Shown here one piece after another: positions 1 to 9,634 of a DNA stretch of 64,000 nucleotides. How positions within the stretch are numbered: position 1 is the stretch's first letter; every line of letters begins with the position of its first letter. The DNA is taken from IMG/VR virus record IMGVR_UViG_3300044950_000375, positions 1-64,000 of that record. One strand, 5' to 3'. Made by a program: the position numbers and the translations under genes. Under the pieces are notes generated by a model. That model made no database searches and was not told the origin of the DNA. It was given only the letters and a program-made list of their open reading frames with translations. The stretch is from a virus.

Positions 1-1
1 C

Positions 2-163
2 ATCATAGAAGCCGCAAGTCAACGCGGTGCATTTCGCGCCAACGAACTCACACAAGTTGGTGCAGTATATGATAAACTTTCAGCGTTCTTGCAAGCCACA
101 CAGGCTCAAGTAGACGCCGCTGAACAGCCCCCAGCAGAACCTCCAGGAGAACAAAATGCTTAA
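2..163 (+). CDS. C-terminal part of a small hypothetical phage protein (truncated by window edge)
   Basis: Frame 2 is open from the window start: IIEAASQRGAFRANELTQVGAVYDKLSAFLQATQ...GEQNA*. Its stop TAA (161-163) overlaps the start of the next gene. Confidence 0.65.
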   Translation: MIEAASQRGAFRANELTQVGAVYDKLSAFLQATQAQVDAAEQPPAEPPGEQNA

Positions 164-869
164 ACATATCGGTAGACACGGCGATCGTAAGATTGCTATT
201 GTATTTAGAGAAATACCAAATGAAGAACACATGTGCTTGGTTATCTATCCAGATGTGTTGCCCACACACATTCACAATTCAGTAATGAGTGTGCTTGAAT
301 CAGCTCCTGGTCAGCAGGCCACTAATCTTGCTGACGTATTCCATCGAAACTTATTGCCCGATGGTCGCGGTATTTTGGAAGCACTGCATCGCGAAGGTAT
401 GTTGAAAAAGATTGCTACCAATCAAGTTATCCTTACACCCACTGCTACCAGTTCAGTCAAACTGGATGAGATCAATCGCTTGGTCAAAGAAATGGAATCT
501 GGCACCGAAGCACTCAAACGCATGCAAGAGATTGACAGCAGTGCTGGCATGGTTGCTCCTGATGTCAAACGCCAAGCCACAACTGACTTTAAAAATCGTC
601 AGCAAGGCGTTCCTCCTGTTCAAGCATCTGCTAACAGTGCATTGGATGATCATGCCTTGGCTGCCAACATGCTGGTTCAAGCCAAACGCATGGAACAAGA
701 TGCACAAGGCCTAATTGCTGAAGCTGCTAGAATGAAGAAAGATGCAGAACGCATGTTTCCTGGTGTGAATCCCGGTGATGCTCGTGCTGTTACTGAATCT
801 ACTCCTACCGCACCCAAGCGCGGCCGTCCTGCCAAGTCACGGGTGACCGCCGATGCAGCAATTCAGTGA
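156..869 (+). CDS. hypothetical phage protein (coiled-coil C-terminus, basic KRGRP tail)
   Basis: 237-aa ORF with AGGAG RBS just upstream of the ATG; part of a coupled + strand operon. Confidence 0.8.
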   Translation: MLKHIGRHGDRKIAIVFREIPNEEHMCLVIYPDVLPTHIHNSVMSVLESAPGQQATNLADVFHRNLLPDGRGILEALHREGMLKKIATNQVILTPTATSSVKLDEINRLVKEMESGTEALKRMQEIDSSAGMVAPDVKRQATTDFKNRQQGVPPVQASANSALDDHALAANMLVQAKRMEQDAQGLIAEAARMKKDAERMFPGVNPGDARAVTESTPTAPKRGRPAKSRVTADAAIQ

Positions 870-1161
870 CGACTTTCTTGAACGTTGGGAACACATAATT
901 GACGAAGTCAACAAAACTGATATTCCACTCGAGTGTATCAAGAAGATTGTAGTCAAGCTCAACGGCAAGCGACAAAAGACCATCAATCTCAGTACCTTGA
1001 AAAAACAAGGACTGGATTGGGAAGAAATAGAAATCATAGTCACGCGAATACTCACAGAGTTTGGCGACGAAGTTGACAACGTTGACTTTATTGTCGACAC
1101 TGTGGCTGTGGCTGAAATGGCACAACCCGAAACTGATAAACTTCTTACCAAATTAAAATGA
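853..1161 (+). CDS. hypothetical phage protein
   Basis: 102-aa acidic ORF overlapping the upstream gene; ATGA overlap with thyX. Confidence 0.75.
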   Translation: MQQFSDDFLERWEHIIDEVNKTDIPLECIKKIVVKLNGKRQKTINLSTLKKQGLDWEEIEIIVTRILTEFGDEVDNVDFIVDTVAVAEMAQPETDKLLTKLK

Positions 1162-1823
1162 ATGTTAAACTCCTTTCCTACAGCCAACCAACTGACGAAT
1201 TTAAGAGCATGGGCCTTAACGATGCACAAGAACTCATCGCGTATTGCGCCCGTGTGTCCAATCCCTCCAACCAACTCAACACAGACACATCAGAAAAACT
1301 CATCCGGTACTTGGTCCGACACCAGCACTGGAGCCCCCTTGAAATGGTTTCGGCTTGCTTGGAAATTACAACAACAAGGGATATCGCTCGACAAATTCTG
1401 CGGCACAGGTCATTCTCCTTCCAAGAGTTCAGCCAACGCTACGCGGATCCAACAAAAGATCTCAACTTTGTACTCAGAGAAGCCAGACTACAAGACCCGA
1501 AGAATAGACAAAACAGCATAAGCACAGATGACCAGGCGTTAGAAAACGAATGGTTCCGTGCGCAACAACGAGTGATTTATGCCGCCAAAAGAGAATACGA
1601 GTGGGCTATCAAAAATGGCATTGCCAAAGAACAAGCTAGGGCCGTGCTACCAGAAGGCCTAATTGAAAGTCGCTTGTACATGAATGGCACCTTGCGATCA
1701 TGGATCCACTTTATTGAACTGCGCTCGGCCAATGGCACACAAAAAGAACATCAAGAAGTTGCTGTGGCCTGTGCCGAAGTTATCAGTAAGATCTTCCCAA
1801 TGGCTTCAGACTTAGTTGCATAA
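1158..1823 (+). CDS. thyX: FAD-dependent thymidylate synthase ThyX
   Basis: ThyX signature RHRSFSFQEFSQRY, plus HWSPLE, AKEQARAVLP and TQKEH motifs. Confidence 0.95.
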   Translation: MNVKLLSYSQPTDEFKSMGLNDAQELIAYCARVSNPSNQLNTDTSEKLIRYLVRHQHWSPLEMVSACLEITTTRDIARQILRHRSFSFQEFSQRYADPTKDLNFVLREARLQDPKNRQNSISTDDQALENEWFRAQQRVIYAAKREYEWAIKNGIAKEQARAVLPEGLIESRLYMNGTLRSWIHFIELRSANGTQKEHQEVAVACAEVISKIFPMASDLVA

Positions 1824-1844
1824 TCATAGGCATTGTGCTATACT
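1816..1844 (+). promoter_or_regulatory. sigma70-like promoter giving a probably leaderless transcript
   Basis: TTGCAT (1816-1821), 17-nt spacer, TG-n-TATACT (1839-1844). ATG follows at 1850 with no RBS. Confidence 0.6.
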
Positions 1845-1849
1845 AGCAC

Positions 1850-2176
1850 ATGGCATTCATCCAAGATCCCCCTAAACCCAAACATTGGCAACCGTACCAA
1901 GTCAAATTCATTGATGGTAAGGCAGTGGCGTTTCGTGATGTTATAGTATACACTATCCGCATGGGCGATGTTGACGATCCAGATTTGTATGTGGCTCAAC
2001 CCATATATGAATGGCAAGAAAGTGATGCTGGTAAGTTTATTATGGAACACGCTGTGGAAAAACCTTACTGGCATAGAACTAATGACATTGCCAGTTACGG
2101 ACATCGTTATGATATTGTGGCCAGACTGAGCGAACAAAATGAAACATTCTGGACACTTAAATGGGGAAACAAATGA
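1850..2176 (+). CDS. hypothetical phage protein
   Basis: 108-aa ORF directly after the promoter; ATGA overlap with the next gene. Confidence 0.75.
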   Translation: MAFIQDPPKPKHWQPYQVKFIDGKAVAFRDVIVYTIRMGDVDDPDLYVAQPIYEWQESDAGKFIMEHAVEKPYWHRTNDIASYGHRYDIVARLSEQNETFWTLKWGNK

Positions 2177-3141
2177 AAATATTAGTAACAGGAGGCATGG
2201 GCCTCATTGGGCACAATGTGGTACAACGTCTTAATCGACTGGACCATTTGGTCAGCATTGTTGACAATGCAACTAACTATGGTATTATTCCGCAGGCTGA
2301 AATTGATTACTTGATGGAAGAACGAGGGATGAAGATTGGCTGTCAGCACTTGTACAAGGCTTCGATTGAATCAGCTGACACAATTGACTATGTGATCAGA
2401 GTGCAACAACCTGAAGTGATTGTACACATGGCCAGCTTTCCCAGACAGAAAGTTGTCAATGCCAACCCTGCACACGGCGCCGATGTGATGATGCGTGGCC
2501 TGATCAACGTTCTTGAGAGTGCCAAAAGATACGGTGTTAGACGTTTTGTGTACATGTCAAGCTCAATGGTATACGGAGACTTTGCGGATCAGGTCACAGA
2601 AGATGCCCCATGCAGTCCAATTGGACAGTACGGCATTATGAAACTTGCAGGAGAATGGTTGGTAAAAGACTATGCTAGACGCACAGGAATGGAATATGTT
2701 ATTTTACGCCCCTCGGCGGTATACGGTCCACTGGATGTGGAAGATCGTGTTGTGGCAAAATTTATGCTCCGAGCCATGCGTGGTCAAGTTCTCAGTGTTA
2801 ACGGCGCATCTGAAACACTCGACTTCACCTACGTTGATGACGCAGCGGATGGCGTTGTGGCGGCTGCACTGGTACCGGGTGCTGCGAACAACACGTTTAA
2901 CATTACAAAATCTCATTCAGTTTCGCTATTACAGGCCGCAGAAATGATTGTTAAAATTGTGGGTTCCGGCACAATAGAATGCCGAGACAAGGACGCAGAC
3001 TTTCCCAGCCGGGGCGCACTAAATATCGATAAGGCCAGACAGATACTGGGCTTTGATCCCAAGGTCGATGTTGAAGAAGGATTTCAAAATTACTACCACT
3101 GGCTTGACAATTCCGTTTACTGGTCTCCGAAAACAGTATAA
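2173..3141 (+). CDS. NAD-dependent nucleotide-sugar epimerase/dehydratase (extended SDR)
   Basis: MKILVTGGMGLIG Rossmann motif, SSSMVYG, YGIMK (YxxxK), RPSAVYGP, DFTYVDD. Start placed at ATG 2173 because of the ATGA overlap. Confidence 0.92.
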   Translation: MKILVTGGMGLIGHNVVQRLNRLDHLVSIVDNATNYGIIPQAEIDYLMEERGMKIGCQHLYKASIESADTIDYVIRVQQPEVIVHMASFPRQKVVNANPAHGADVMMRGLINVLESAKRYGVRRFVYMSSSMVYGDFADQVTEDAPCSPIGQYGIMKLAGEWLVKDYARRTGMEYVILRPSAVYGPLDVEDRVVAKFMLRAMRGQVLSVNGASETLDFTYVDDAADGVVAAALVPGAANNTFNITKSHSVSLLQAAEMIVKIVGSGTIECRDKDADFPSRGALNIDKARQILGFDPKVDVEEGFQNYYHWLDNSVYWSPKTV

Positions 3142-4171
3142 CAATCTCCGCCAGGAGATCCTGGACGTAACTGATGAAGTTTTGCGTTCGGGTCAGCTGA
3201 TGGACGGCAACTATACTGCTGAGTTTGCTCATTGGATCAGCAGAAAGAACGGTGTCAAGTATGCTACCTTGTGCCACTCAGGCACACAGGCACTAGAGAT
3301 CATTGCTGAATACTTTAGAAGCAAGATCAGCATCACTCCACCCACTGTGGTCATACCTGCGCTGACCTATCCTGCCACTGCTAATGCTTGGATTCGAGCC
3401 GGCTGGAATATCTACATTTTGGACACAGACAACCATGGACAAATGGACTATAGAAAACTGCCCCAGGACCTGAGTTATCAAGCAGTGTGTCTAGTTGGAC
3501 TATATGGTCAGAGTGTTCATCAACATTGGCGCAATCATGGAGACATCATTGTGGAAGATGCCGCACAGCATTGGTTGGCCGACAACTGCCACAGACACAG
3601 CGAGTCAGCTGCAATAAGTTTTGACCCTACAAAAAACTTTGCCAACTATGGCAATGGTGGTGCTGTAGTGACCAACAGATATGAACTGCAAGAGTTTGCA
3701 AGAGATTATGTGAACAACGGCAAACATCTCCGGCACAGCGAAATAGGCACCAACAGTCGCATGAGTGAGGTGGATTGTGCGCAAATGATGATCAAAACCC
3801 GGCACTTGGCTGCATGGCAAAGTCGTAGAAGTACCATTGCTGCCTATTGGATGAACCGCTTGGAAAAGTCACCCGTACGATCATTGATTGACAAAAGCAA
3901 TTTTGACAAGCATTGTTTCCACAAGTTTGTGATTGAAGTGGATCAACGAGATATTGTGCAACGCAATCTCTCTTTGCGTAAGATTGAGACCAAGATTCAC
4001 TATGCTGAGCCTTTACAAGAACTGCCTGTGTTCCAACAATACCAAGGTCCAGACATGCTGAGTGCCAGTTATGCACTCAGCCGTAGATGTTTGAGTTTGC
4101 CTATCTACTCTGAGCTCACAGACTTAGAAGTAGAGTACATCATTGATCAGTTGTTAGACTGCGCCGCATAA
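3068..4171 (+). CDS. DegT/DnrJ/EryC1/StrS family PLP-dependent sugar aminotransferase
   Basis: SGTQAL, IVEDAAQ, SFDPTKNF (PLP Lys), GNGGAVVT, NSRMSE, LSLPIY. Start uncertain (3053 TTG, 3068 ATG or 3104 TTG). Confidence 0.92.
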   Translation: MLKKDFKITTTGLTIPFTGLRKQYNNLRQEILDVTDEVLRSGQLMDGNYTAEFAHWISRKNGVKYATLCHSGTQALEIIAEYFRSKISITPPTVVIPALTYPATANAWIRAGWNIYILDTDNHGQMDYRKLPQDLSYQAVCLVGLYGQSVHQHWRNHGDIIVEDAAQHWLADNCHRHSESAAISFDPTKNFANYGNGGAVVTNRYELQEFARDYVNNGKHLRHSEIGTNSRMSEVDCAQMMIKTRHLAAWQSRRSTIAAYWMNRLEKSPVRSLIDKSNFDKHCFHKFVIEVDQRDIVQRNLSLRKIETKIHYAEPLQELPVFQQYQGPDMLSASYALSRRCLSLPIYSELTDLEVEYIIDQLLDCAA

Positions 4172-7100
4172 ACGCATAACTAGCCAACCACGCCCAATCA
4201 TAACTCTTTCGCAGTTCTGCAAAGTCTCCATTGACTGAGTTGTAATATTCTTCAGCATCTTCTGCACCAAGTCGGCTCCATTGCGGATCTGCTTCGTCGC
4301 TGTTGATATCAAGCCATTTGTTCAAGCGGTATTCACTTTCCACATCAGGCAAAGTGGTCATCAGTTTAATTACTTCACGGAAAGCAGTGCGCCAGGCCAT
4401 CCACGGTGAGTCAGTATACCAGGCTGTGCCTGACAAGATGGGTACTACTTCGTGTGGCTGGTCTAGTGTGAAGTCCAAGCCTTGTCCTGTGTTTTCTAGT
4501 GCCAGTTGTTTATTATAAGCAATCATGGCCTGGTGTCCGTATATCAATCCGTTGAGAGGATTCTCAGCATGAAAGATATAGTGCTTGGCTTGTTGCATGC
4601 GATCCGGTTGCCAGTTCCAGTCAAATTCTTTATTGACCTGCAACTTAGCAAATACTGCAAAGAACCAAGGTGTACAACTGACCTGTGCAGCAGCATGATA
4701 AGCAGCCACACGCCCATTCACACCATCCACACGGTGCAGTCTATTTTCTAAATTACAAGTCGCACTGGCTAGATGTGCAAAGTGTCGATCAGCGTTGATT
4801 TCGCCATTGCTTATAAACACAATATCTAATGGCTTGTCTTTCAACATTCGTCGTGTTTTGTCTATGTGCGGATAGTCATACAACTGTGTCTTGATAAAGG
4901 GCACAGCCACTTTAGGCACAACCACACTGCCAGCACCTGAACTTACAGGCACAATGGTCTTGGTTTCTTGACGCCATAGTGAGACTGTGACCAAGGCTTG
5001 ATCCACATAATCTGTTGTGGTAAACAATGCCAACGGTCCAGACCAATCTGTGTTCTTGACTGCATCAACTTGGCTATCTTCGGCATGCACAATTACCGGT
5101 ATTGGCCGGCGTGGCACCTTGCGCCGGGACACATAGTTTACTGAATACCATTCTAGCAATTGTTTCTTTTCTGCTCGTTCAGCAAAGGTAGGCACATGCA
5201 TGTAGAATGTGTCCCCAAATTTTTGAGTGTCGCTGGGAAACACATGCAGCATGGTGCTTTGCCACTTCTCTGGGTGCCAGGAGAAGTCAAAGTTGCTGTA
5301 GTCACAGATACTGGAGCATACCCACACATGTTCATGTGTGCCCACAAGACTCTTGGCCAGTCGAATTAGTGTGTCGCGATAGTTATCAAAATATCTTATG
5401 CGTTTGAAAGTGTTAGGTATATTGCCAGCATTGCCATCCAAGTGATCAATCTCAACAATGGGCACAGCTTCGGCTGAGACTTCGGCTCGCATCATATCCA
5501 CATACTTGACTTCACTAGCGCCTGGCACACGATATTGAGGACCACCTGTCTTTTGGTGCTGTGTAGCAAACTGATAGATGTATGGCGGCGACCCTGGATC
5601 TGGTACCCAAGAGAAATCCATGTCTCGAATATCAACATTGTCAGGAATGTGCCATAGTGTCATGTCTGCTGGCAATTCAGCAACAGATGAATCCATGTAC
5701 TTGCGCTCGGTAGCACCTGGCATGCGATACTCCACGGTGGGCATTACTTCAGCTGAATGCCATTGGTTACCAAACACATAAATGTAAGGCGGGTCACCTG
5801 GATCTGGTACCCAAGAATAATCCATATCGCTTTCAACTACATTATACCAAGGTCGATTGGGGTTCTCAGGCAACTTGGCTTTCGGTTCGTCCATGTACTT
5901 GATGTCTGTAGCACCCGGCATGTCATATTCAACTGTGGGCATGATCTCTGCAGCATGCCATTGATTACCAAAAACATACTTGTAAGGTGGCGAACCTGGA
6001 TCTGGTTCCCATGACCAATCAAAGTCACAGGAACGATGTGTTTGAAACTTTTCTGGATTGCCACGTCGACGTGCTTTGGGCTGATCCATGTACTTGATTT
6101 CTGTGGCTGCACCAACTCGATACTGCAATGCTGGACGCTGTTCGGGCGTGAGCCATTGATTGCCAAACACATAAACATAAGGAGGATCAGTGGGGTTGGG
6201 CCTCCACGAGTAATCAAACTCTACAATATCGTCTATCAATTCAAAAGCACCGGGATTGTGTGCTACTTTGGCCGTAATGTCGTCCACATACTTGATTTCT
6301 GTTGCGCCATCCGCATGATAGGCCACAGTGGGTTCGTAAACTGCTGGGTTCCATTGGTTGCCAAACACATAGATATACGGCGGATCAAACGGATTAGGCT
6401 CCCACGAATAATCAAACTCTTCCGTGTTGATATGCACACGCCATTGATTGCCCGAGTCGGGTAAACGACATGTGCGACGATCCATGTATTTGATTTCTGT
6501 TGCACCATCCACATGATATCGCAAACTGGCTTTGAACTCTGGTGGGTTCCATTGATTACCAAACTGGTAGATATAAGGCGGGTCTTTGGGATTAGGTAAC
6601 CAAGTCCAATCCCAGGCGCTATCGTCAATGTCTTCGCAGAATTCCCAATTGCCCATGCAACTGCCTAACTCAGGTTGTGGTCCATCTACGTATTTGATTT
6701 CTGTTGCACCGGGTACTGTGTATGACACAGTGGGCATGATCTCGCCAGGCCAATGTTGATTGCCCCACACATAGATATATGGTGGGTCTCCGGGATCAGG
6801 TACCCAGCTAAAATCCCATCGTTTGATATATTCGTGCATGGTCCAATTGGTTTTGTCTTCAACTAATGTTGCTGTCATGTCCATGTACTTGCGTTCTGTT
6901 GCACCAGGCACATGATATTCCACAGTGGGCATGATCTCACTGGGCCAATGTTGATTGCCAAACACATAGACATAAGGTGGATCCAATGGATGCGGACTCC
7001 ACGACCAATTCCAACTGTTTTCGTCTATAGCATGCAACACCTGCCAGTTTTCTCTTTGAGATCGATTGGGAATGATTTCACTGTGAAAGTTCAATTGATC

Positions 7101-7346
7101 AGTAAGTTCTTTTGGAACCAAATAAGTTCCTGAATAATCGTGCCATTGGCTGGGCCAGGTGTGAATTTGTTTGGCTTGCCAGGGCTTGGGTTCAAAAAGC
7201 CAATCCCAGCCCGAGTAATCACATAAGTAATTTACCCACCAAAAGTACCTGGTGGTGCTCAATTGCCGTGCATGTTCAATACTATCAGCCTCACGCTCAT
7301 GCACAAACAAATTAGGCTTAGGCCCTGAATAAAAAATATCAAACAT
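4140..7346 (-). CDS. multi-repeat protein with degenerate GT-A-like glycosyltransferase domains
   Basis: 1068 aa with 8 tandem ~66-aa repeats. The C-terminal domain (DIVFIS...RVDGVNG...NPLNGLIYG...AWRTAFREVIKL) is paralogous to 27544-28476. Confidence 0.8.
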   Translation of the reverse strand: MFDIFYSGPKPNLFVHEREADSIEHARQLSTTRYFWWVNYLCDYSGWDWLFEPKPWQAKQIHTWPSQWHDYSGTYLVPKELTDQLNFHSEIIPNRSQRENWQVLHAIDENSWNWSWSPHPLDPPYVYVFGNQHWPSEIMPTVEYHVPGATERKYMDMTATLVEDKTNWTMHEYIKRWDFSWVPDPGDPPYIYVWGNQHWPGEIMPTVSYTVPGATEIKYVDGPQPELGSCMGNWEFCEDIDDSAWDWTWLPNPKDPPYIYQFGNQWNPPEFKASLRYHVDGATEIKYMDRRTCRLPDSGNQWRVHINTEEFDYSWEPNPFDPPYIYVFGNQWNPAVYEPTVAYHADGATEIKYVDDITAKVAHNPGAFELIDDIVEFDYSWRPNPTDPPYVYVFGNQWLTPEQRPALQYRVGAATEIKYMDQPKARRRGNPEKFQTHRSCDFDWSWEPDPGSPPYKYVFGNQWHAAEIMPTVEYDMPGATDIKYMDEPKAKLPENPNRPWYNVVESDMDYSWVPDPGDPPYIYVFGNQWHSAEVMPTVEYRMPGATERKYMDSSVAELPADMTLWHIPDNVDIRDMDFSWVPDPGSPPYIYQFATQHQKTGGPQYRVPGASEVKYVDMMRAEVSAEAVPIVEIDHLDGNAGNIPNTFKRIRYFDNYRDTLIRLAKSLVGTHEHVWVCSSICDYSNFDFSWHPEKWQSTMLHVFPSDTQKFGDTFYMHVPTFAERAEKKQLLEWYSVNYVSRRKVPRRPIPVIVHAEDSQVDAVKNTDWSGPLALFTTTDYVDQALVTVSLWRQETKTIVPVSSGAGSVVVPKVAVPFIKTQLYDYPHIDKTRRMLKDKPLDIVFISNGEINADRHFAHLASATCNLENRLHRVDGVNGRVAAYHAAAQVSCTPWFFAVFAKLQVNKEFDWNWQPDRMQQAKHYIFHAENPLNGLIYGHQAMIAYNKQLALENTGQGLDFTLDQPHEVVPILSGTAWYTDSPWMAWRTAFREVIKLMTTLPDVESEYRLNKWLDINSDEADPQWSRLGAEDAEEYYNSVNGDFAELRKSYDWAWLASYAFMRRSLTTDQ
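5470..7050 (-). repeat. 8 tandem protein-coding repeats of ~66 aa (~198 bp), consensus W..(D/N)(F/Y/W)SWxPxPxDPPYIYVFGNQW...PTVEY.VPGATEIKYMD
   Basis: Visible directly in the translation; DNA copies are diverged at synonymous positions. Boundaries approximate. Confidence 0.9.
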
Positions 7347-8457
7347 GGTTAGAATAGACGAAATTTACAACAACACCTTTTGGCCTTGGATCAAACACAA
7401 TAGGCCAGGCATTAGAATGTTCATGTGTGATCCATTTGGACGCAGTGATCCTGATAGTGTGGTAAATTATGGCAGCGATGATATACACGAACACAATTAT
7501 ATATTCTTTTTTGACCAAGAGCCAATACATTTGAACATACACACCGCCACATTTGACGAAGTGCGTAATGTCAAAAATTATGATATTCACTATCATAACC
7601 CAGATAATTTACCAATTGGTGCTATATGCACCAGTGAACGTGACAGCGACAATGTAACTGCAATATGTGCCCAGTATGGTTGGAAAAGTTACTATTACTT
7701 TTTTCACGGCTGGGCAGCACTAGATTGGTATCGTGGCTACGACAAAACATTTTTAATCAAACCCATTGAGGAACGAGCTCCTACTAAAACATTCCTGGCA
7801 CCCAATAGAATCATTGCCGGAGAACGCAGACACAGATTGGAAATGCTGTATCACATATTCAAACTGGGCATGACTGACAACCATATCTCATGTCCGGCTG
7901 TGTGTCCTGTAGAAAACATCAGCATAGTAGACGCTGCCCGGCCGTTAGTAGATCAGTATCCAGATATTCAAGATGTGTTTCGAGCACAGCAATTACCCAT
8001 CAACTTTGCTGGCGAAACTGATCATCCCATGCATTCGTGTTGGCTCAGTTTGTTTGACCAGGCTGCTGATAGTCTGTTATACTTGGTTACAGAGACTGTG
8101 GCCACAGGCCGTAGACATCACATTACAGAAAAAACATTCAAACCAATTGCCATGGGCATGCCGTTTGTGTTGGTGGCCACGCAAGGCAGTTTGGAGTATT
8201 TGCGCAGTTATGGATTTAAGACTTTTGGGCATGTATGGGACGAGTCCTATGATGCCATCCAGGATGATCGCGATAGAATCCGTGCGGTTGCGAGCTTGCT
8301 TCAAACTCTTTGTGACCTTTCCGTTGAGGAACGAATTGCACTATACCAGGATTGTCATGAGACGATTGAACACAATTGGAATCACTTTTACAATGGCGGT
8401 TTTGAAGCAATTCTTTGGGAAGAACTACAGGGTATGTTGAATGGCATTGAGCTTTAA
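7345..8457 (+). CDS. putative glycosyltransferase, GT10/GT-B-like (paralog 1)
   Basis: C-terminal motif LVTET...ITEKTFKPIAMGMPF...LRSYGFKTF..WDESYD, resembling the fucosyltransferase (F/L)EN...TEK motif. Confidence 0.6.
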   Translation: MVRIDEIYNNTFWPWIKHNRPGIRMFMCDPFGRSDPDSVVNYGSDDIHEHNYIFFFDQEPIHLNIHTATFDEVRNVKNYDIHYHNPDNLPIGAICTSERDSDNVTAICAQYGWKSYYYFFHGWAALDWYRGYDKTFLIKPIEERAPTKTFLAPNRIIAGERRHRLEMLYHIFKLGMTDNHISCPAVCPVENISIVDAARPLVDQYPDIQDVFRAQQLPINFAGETDHPMHSCWLSLFDQAADSLLYLVTETVATGRRHHITEKTFKPIAMGMPFVLVATQGSLEYLRSYGFKTFGHVWDESYDAIQDDRDRIRAVASLLQTLCDLSVEERIALYQDCHETIEHNWNHFYNGGFEAILWEELQGMLNGIEL

Positions 8458-9634
8458 TTTTGTTGTTGATCGTGTGATACACGACAAAATATATCCACAT
8501 CTTGCTACCTGGTCTGCTGAACCCTACACACCTGAGTGGCGTCAGTTTGGCAGTAAATGGCCATACACCACTCCCTTACGCATACAAGAGTATTGCAAAC
8601 TGCATGAAGTTCCGATCAACACATATTCCATTGAAGACTATCCTGCTGGCAGCTTCTATCCCGTTGCCATCGGATTCTTTGACTTTGGCATAGATTATTT
8701 TGATCTATTGCCTTCCGCTGTGTTTGCCGCAGTTGCCAGTAACCAACTAAAGATATTGTTTTTCTATCACGAAGGCGATAATCCTTATCGTATCAAACAG
8801 CGACTGGATGAACTGGTTGAGTTGCATCAGTGTTCCACCAACTGCTATGTGTTTGTGAGTTCAAACTCTACTGCTCAAAATATACCTGGCTTTGTGGCCT
8901 TTCAAGACAGTGAGCTTTGGTACTATCAACGAAATCACAGCAACCCGCCGTTGCCTATACCTCACAAACCAAGAGATAAAGATTTTACTGCATTAGCAAG
9001 AACACACAAATGGTGGCGTGCTATAGCGCTCACTGACTTGCATTCACAAGAACTGCTTGCCAACAGTTACTGGAGTTACTGCGAAACAACCCAAGCCACT
9101 GATATTGAAGACTGTCCTATTGAAGTAGACTATCTCAAGTTGAAACAAGCCACACTGGATTTTGTAGCAGGCGGTCCTTACATAAGCGACGAACTCACAC
9201 AAGACGAACGCAACGATCACAGTCTCAACTCAGAACCCAAATACTTTATGGGTTCCTACTGCAATATTGTGTTGGAAAGTCAATTTGACTATGATCAAAG
9301 CGGAGGCATATTGTTGAGTGAAAAAACATTCAAACCCATCAAACACGGACAGATGTTTTTTATAGCAGGTGGAGCAGGCAGTCTACAAGTGTTGCGTGAC
9401 ATGGGCTACAGAACATTTGATTCGGTACTAGACAACCGATATGATCGCGAACCTGATAATACCATGCGTTGGATCAAACTCAGCGAGGCCATTGCCCAAG
9501 CACATGCCCAAGGTCTAAGCACTTTGTTTGAACGGTGTAGAGCAGACATTGAATACAACCAACATTTATTCATGCAGATCAAAACTCCACGCTTAAATAC
9601 CCTTATAGAGCAAATAAATGAACAACATCGTTAA
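8441..9634 (+). CDS. putative glycosyltransferase, GT10/GT-B-like (paralog 2)
   Basis: IVLES...LSEKTFKPIKHGQMF...LRDMGYRTF..LDNRYD. Confidence 0.6.
   Translation: MALSFNFVVDRVIHDKIYPHLATWSAEPYTPEWRQFGSKWPYTTPLRIQEYCKLHEVPINTYSIEDYPAGSFYPVAIGFFDFGIDYFDLLPSAVFAAVASNQLKILFFYHEGDNPYRIKQRLDELVELHQCSTNCYVFVSSNSTAQNIPGFVAFQDSELWYYQRNHSNPPLPIPHKPRDKDFTALARTHKWWRAIALTDLHSQELLANSYWSYCETTQATDIEDCPIEVDYLKLKQATLDFVAGGPYISDELTQDERNDHSLNSEPKYFMGSYCNIVLESQFDYDQSGGILLSEKTFKPIKHGQMFFIAGGAGSLQVLRDMGYRTFDSVLDNRYDREPDNTMRWIKLSEAIAQAHAQGLSTLFERCRADIEYNQHLFMQIKTPRLNTLIEQINEQHR

Noticed and set aside
5470-7050. Possible CRISPR array or DGR template/variable repeats
   Set aside because: The repeats are in-frame ~198-bp coding units diverged at synonymous sites. 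There is no repeat-spacer structure, no adenine-specific variation and no reverse transcriptase.
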